A stretch of DNA of 64,000 bases from the human T2T-CHM13v2.0 reference genome, Homo sapiens, in NCBI RefSeq assembly GCF_009914755.1, contig NC_060926.1. One strand, given 5' to 3'. Position 1 is the first letter of the stretch. Each line of letters starts with the position of its first letter. A model generated the notes under the pieces. That model had not been told where the DNA came from. It did no database searches and saw only the letters and a list, made by a program, of their open reading frames with translations. Below, in pieces: positions 58,926-64,000 of the stretch. The position numbers and the translations under genes are program-made.

Positions 58926-59179
58926 AAGTACATGTGACAAAATATTGCTCTATCATGCTGAATATAATAAACTTGCCAGAAATGGCTGCATGTAGCTTGG
59001 AGGTCAAGAGAAATAAAGGGAAAGTGGCTTAGCACCTCATATCTGTAGAGGCTATCATGTAGAATAACTTGTTTCCCACCTTGTTTGACTTCAGAGTGTG
59101 TTCTTGTTCAGGCTTATTAAAGATTATTGTTGAGGACAATAATCTACCACTGAAGCCTCACATTGATAGCATCAATTTT

Positions 59180-59483
59180 ATTTGTTTTTATTTATTTATT
59201 TTTATTTTTTTTAGAGACAGAGTCTCGCTCTCTCACCCAGACTGGAATGGAGTGGTGAAATCTCTGCTCGCAGCAGCCTCCACCTCCTGGGTTCTAGCAA
59301 TTCTCCTGCCTCAGCCTCCTGAGTGACTGGGACTACAGGCATGCGCCACTAAGGCTGGCTAATTTTTTGTATTTTTTTTTTTTAGTAGAGATGGGGTTTC
59401 ACCCTGTTGCCCAAGCTGGTCTCAAACTCCTGAGCTCAGACAATCAGTGCTAGGATTACAGGCGTGAGCCACCTCACCTGGCC
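59180..59483 (-). mobile_element. Alu (J/S) with small left-arm deletion
   Basis: TSD ATAGCATCAAT on both sides; about 20 nt missing at 'caatc|agtgctagg'. Confidence 0.92.
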
Positions 59484-59581
59484 AATAGCATCAATATTAA
59501 CCAGTGACTTCCATTTTTAAAAACATATTTTATGAGATGATCTAGTAAAAATTCCAAATACCCAGTGATACCCAGTGAGAT

Positions 59582-59634
59582 GAATAGAATAGAATAGAAT
59601 AGAATAGAATAGAATAGAATAGAATAGAATAGAA
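59582..59634 (+). repeat. (GAATA)10 pentanucleotide repeat
   Basis: Directly counted. Confidence 0.95.
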
Positions 59635-60879
59635 GACGATTGTGTTTCAGTTATTGCAGTTATTAATTATGGGAAATCATTTGATGTATCTTTTTTTAAA
59701 AAATCAAGTAAAAAGAGAATTATTTTCTTTTTTACCATTTTTTTTACTTCAACTTTTTTTTAAACAATTTCTTGAGTATAGCTCAATGCAAAAGAGGGAG
59801 GAAAATCTTCCTAGTTCAATTGTTCAGTTTGCTTTTATTAATTGAAATATCAATACAATAGAAAAAACTATAATATTCTTACAGTTGCCACATTTCTTGA
59901 TATTTTGGAATTAGCCACTGAGCATTCAAGCCTGAAAATGGCTCTTAAAGAGAATGCCTAACAACATAGAACAGCCAATGGAATGTGTGGAAATTATTCT
60001 TTCTAGGATTAGGAAATCCTAGAACTAATCTGGGAGGAGCAAATGCAAGTGCCATGAAAGGTTTATCCTTTCTACTTCCTGAGCAGTACATTTTTCTGGG
60101 AGAGAATGGAAAAAACATTCAGCAATAGCTGTGGGTGAAAAGAGGAGTCACCCCTACGCAAGGGGAGTCGGTGCCTAGAAAATCAAGGCTGCATGGAGCA
60201 CAAAGCCTCAGATCATGGCCTCCATCTTAGGTGAGCAAAAAGCAGACTCAACAAGCTGCTCAAGATCACATGTAAGTTAGTGTTGAAGTTGCCAGCAAGT
60301 AGAAACTCCCTCACTTTCCAGTATCCCCCACAGTGCATTGCAATCACCAGCTACCCTGAACACTCCAGCTGTCTCTTAATTTGGCTTCCTTCTGAGTGTC
60401 CTCTCTCCACTTCCCAGATCTGAGTCAGAAAATCTCCGGTAGGTAGGCCTATGGGTCACACCCACTCCACTCTCTGCATCTGCTTTTACCTCTGCCAACC
60501 ATCTCAGACCTAAGAATTTATGAACTCAGTGACAACATAATTCCTTTCAAAAATGCAGACATTGAGCATACACAGATTTATACCCCTGTATCTTCTCAGC
60601 AAGCAGGAACCTGTAAGCTAATGATTGACTGTTCTGCACTGAATGTGCAGATTGCTCCCGTAGAAAGCCATGGAAGACTCATTTAGGAAGGGGACAGGCA
60701 ATTCTGTTCCCTTCTCATAGCACCTTGCTGGCTTTTTTACTGTCTCCTTTTTCATGTTTTTTATCTCTATTGTTCTTTCTACTTATCTGATATTGATGGA
60801 TAATTTGCTATACATATTGGGAAGGAGAGATTCTTGTGCAGCTTGTTTGGGAATCCAGCTTCATGGAGATCTTATAGAA

Positions 60880-61030
60880 TAGTCAGTAAGACTCTTGACC
60901 CAGAGTGCCAGGGTTCAAATCCAGGCTGAGTCTCCTATTAGCTGTGCAAATGATGTTACTTCTTCCTCTGCTATTGTGAAGACTGAACAAATATGGAAAA
61001 GCTTTTAACAGGGCCTGTTAAAAGTTAGCT
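60880..61030 (+). mobile_element. MIR fragment
   Basis: 'ccagggttcaaatccaggct...tattagctgtg'. Confidence 0.6.
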
Positions 61031-61688
61031 ATTCTAATTGGCCTGTTATTGCAAATTACCCTATAAATTTAGACAATCCCTAGGGCTGGGGAGGGACAGA
61101 GACCTGAGCAGAGTAGATCACTAACTGAGATTAGAACACTGAATCACAAAATAATCATGACTTTGACTGACTTTACCTAGAAAGGAAGAAATGGCATTTT
61201 TTGTCTGTTTTGTTCTTGGGTAGAAATGGGGATATGAAGTAGAAATTAAGGTGCATAATAGAAATATATTTTTAAATTACTGTTGTTATCTGAGTTTGTA
61301 AATTGTGAAAAGATTACAGCTACTACCCATATAGTCACAACAGGGTAGAGTAAGACCTTAACTGGGGATAGAGTAGGAAGTTCAAATGCAGAATAAAAGA
61401 AGTCTTCAGAGGAGATATAACTTTGCCGAAACCAAACAAGACTAGGGGGAGACAAGGGGCAGGTGATCCAGGTGGAGAGTATCCCTTTTTTTCAGCTCAA
61501 GAAGTGACAAAGAGATTGGCAATCCCAAAATGGGCATATTCGGCAAGGCTGCAGGTGGTACCTGGAAGGATGCCTGTTAAGGAGGTAAGGCTGGATATGT
61601 AAAGAAAGGATAGATCATGAGGGGATTGATAAAGGTGTGTTAAGAAGCTGGGACTTGACTGAAACAATGCTCTTGAGTCTTTAGGGGT

Positions 61689-62386
<698 letters not shown>

Positions 62387-62494
62387 GGGGTTTAAGCAGA
62401 AGATTTATAAAGTTACTTCAAGTTTAAATATTAAAGTTTTATTTTTAACTGTTTTCTTTTCCCAATGGACAACTCTCCTCATTGTCTACACAGA

Positions 62495-62583
62495 TATATA
62501 AAATATATATGGTTATATAATATATATATTTATCTATAATGTATTTATTACATATATTTATATATAATATTATATATATATAT
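62495..62583. repeat. TA-rich low-complexity tract
   Basis: Directly visible. Confidence 0.9.
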
Positions 62584-62617
62584 TAGCAGGGCATTGTATG
62601 GAAGGGGCATAAAATGA

Positions 62618-62981
<364 letters not shown>

Positions 62982-64000
62982 CCTTGTTTTCTTCTTTTAA
63001 TGAAAACAACACAATCTTGTTTTTTGTTTTTTCCACCTCTGTTCAACCAGTGATTTTTGCAAAAAAGTGAGCATCCTTTGACTTTTTGATTCTCTAAGGG
63101 AGCTATTGCCAAAAGGAACTGAGAGAAAGAGAGCTTGAGTCCTTAAGAAAAGAATGTATTGGTAGAGAAAGAAAAGAAATCATTCCACCCATATTCTCCA
63201 ATGAAAGCTTCTTTTCCAGCTTTGACTTGTTTTGCACTCTCTTATCCTTTCTCACCAGCATACAAACACACATATATATTTTTTTACATGAAGTATTTCT
63301 AAAACATTTGGTTCCAGAGATATTCAAACACATTGAGTAAAGTGATTGCCTAATATCTTGATTTTCACTCTCATATTCTATCAGAAGACCTTGTGATCAT
63401 TCTGTGATGATGAAGAGAAACAGAAGAATTTAAGACCAAAAACTCAGCTGTCTCTTAATCCTTGAACCATTTCTTACTCTATTTTTTTGAATACGTTGGT
63501 AAAGAGATGGAAATGGATCCCTTTAGAAAGGGCAAAAATGATTTGTGGAAAATATATAAAGAGGTGGGAATGGACATTCCAAACATCTCTAGTCAGTTTA
63601 TATATTATGTTCTTTTTAAAAGGACAGAAAAATCTTCTTTGGAAGAGAGTGGATCATTCAAATATGGTCAATAGCCCTATGATTTTATTATCAAATTTGA
63701 GTGTCTCAGAAAGTGTGAAAACCCATGGGCTAGAAGAGGGAGAGGTCAGAAGCTTCTTGTTATCTGTACCAATCTTTCGTCCTTGTCTTCACTACATGTC
63801 ACCACTGAAAGCAGCAAGGGACCCTCATTGTCTCAAGGCAAAAATCTATGAAAATCAATTGTTATATTTAATGCTCATTTAAGATGTAAATAATGTCATT
63901 GATTTTTTCTTAATATTCTTTATTTTAAAATTGTGTTTATAAAAGTTCTCTCTCGTATCTATGTGTTTCTCTATTTGTAGGTTTCAAAGTTTTCAGTTTA

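Overview
This is primate (very probably human) non-coding nuclear DNA. It is AT-rich and CpG-depleted, has no CpG island, and is dominated by interspersed repeats: about 20 Alu/FLAM copies (J, S and Y types), ERVL/MaLR solo LTRs (THE1, MST, MLT1, MLT2, LTR16-like), ERV1 solo LTRs (MER65, MER21, MER4-group), an old L1 tract, L2/MIR fragments, and DNA transposon relics (MER20, MER5, MER47, piggyBac MER75). No ORF in the supplied track is a credible protein-coding gene; most are Alu, LTR or microsatellite translations. Several + strand splice-site pairs suggest the window could lie within a lncRNA or a long intron, but I cannot name a gene. The most notable items are structural: a MER75 hit by three nested insertions and apparently lacking its left TIR, a 109-bp tandem duplication that builds a candidate exon, a dispersed ~65-bp duplication, a reused Alu target site, a chimeric AluSx/AluY, an (AAG)18 Alu tail, and a CpG-retaining exon/enhancer-like block near 51.1-51.5 kb. 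I see no evidence of a novel multi-gene system. Repeat family names come from recalled consensus sequences, not a database search, and boundaries of old elements are approximate.
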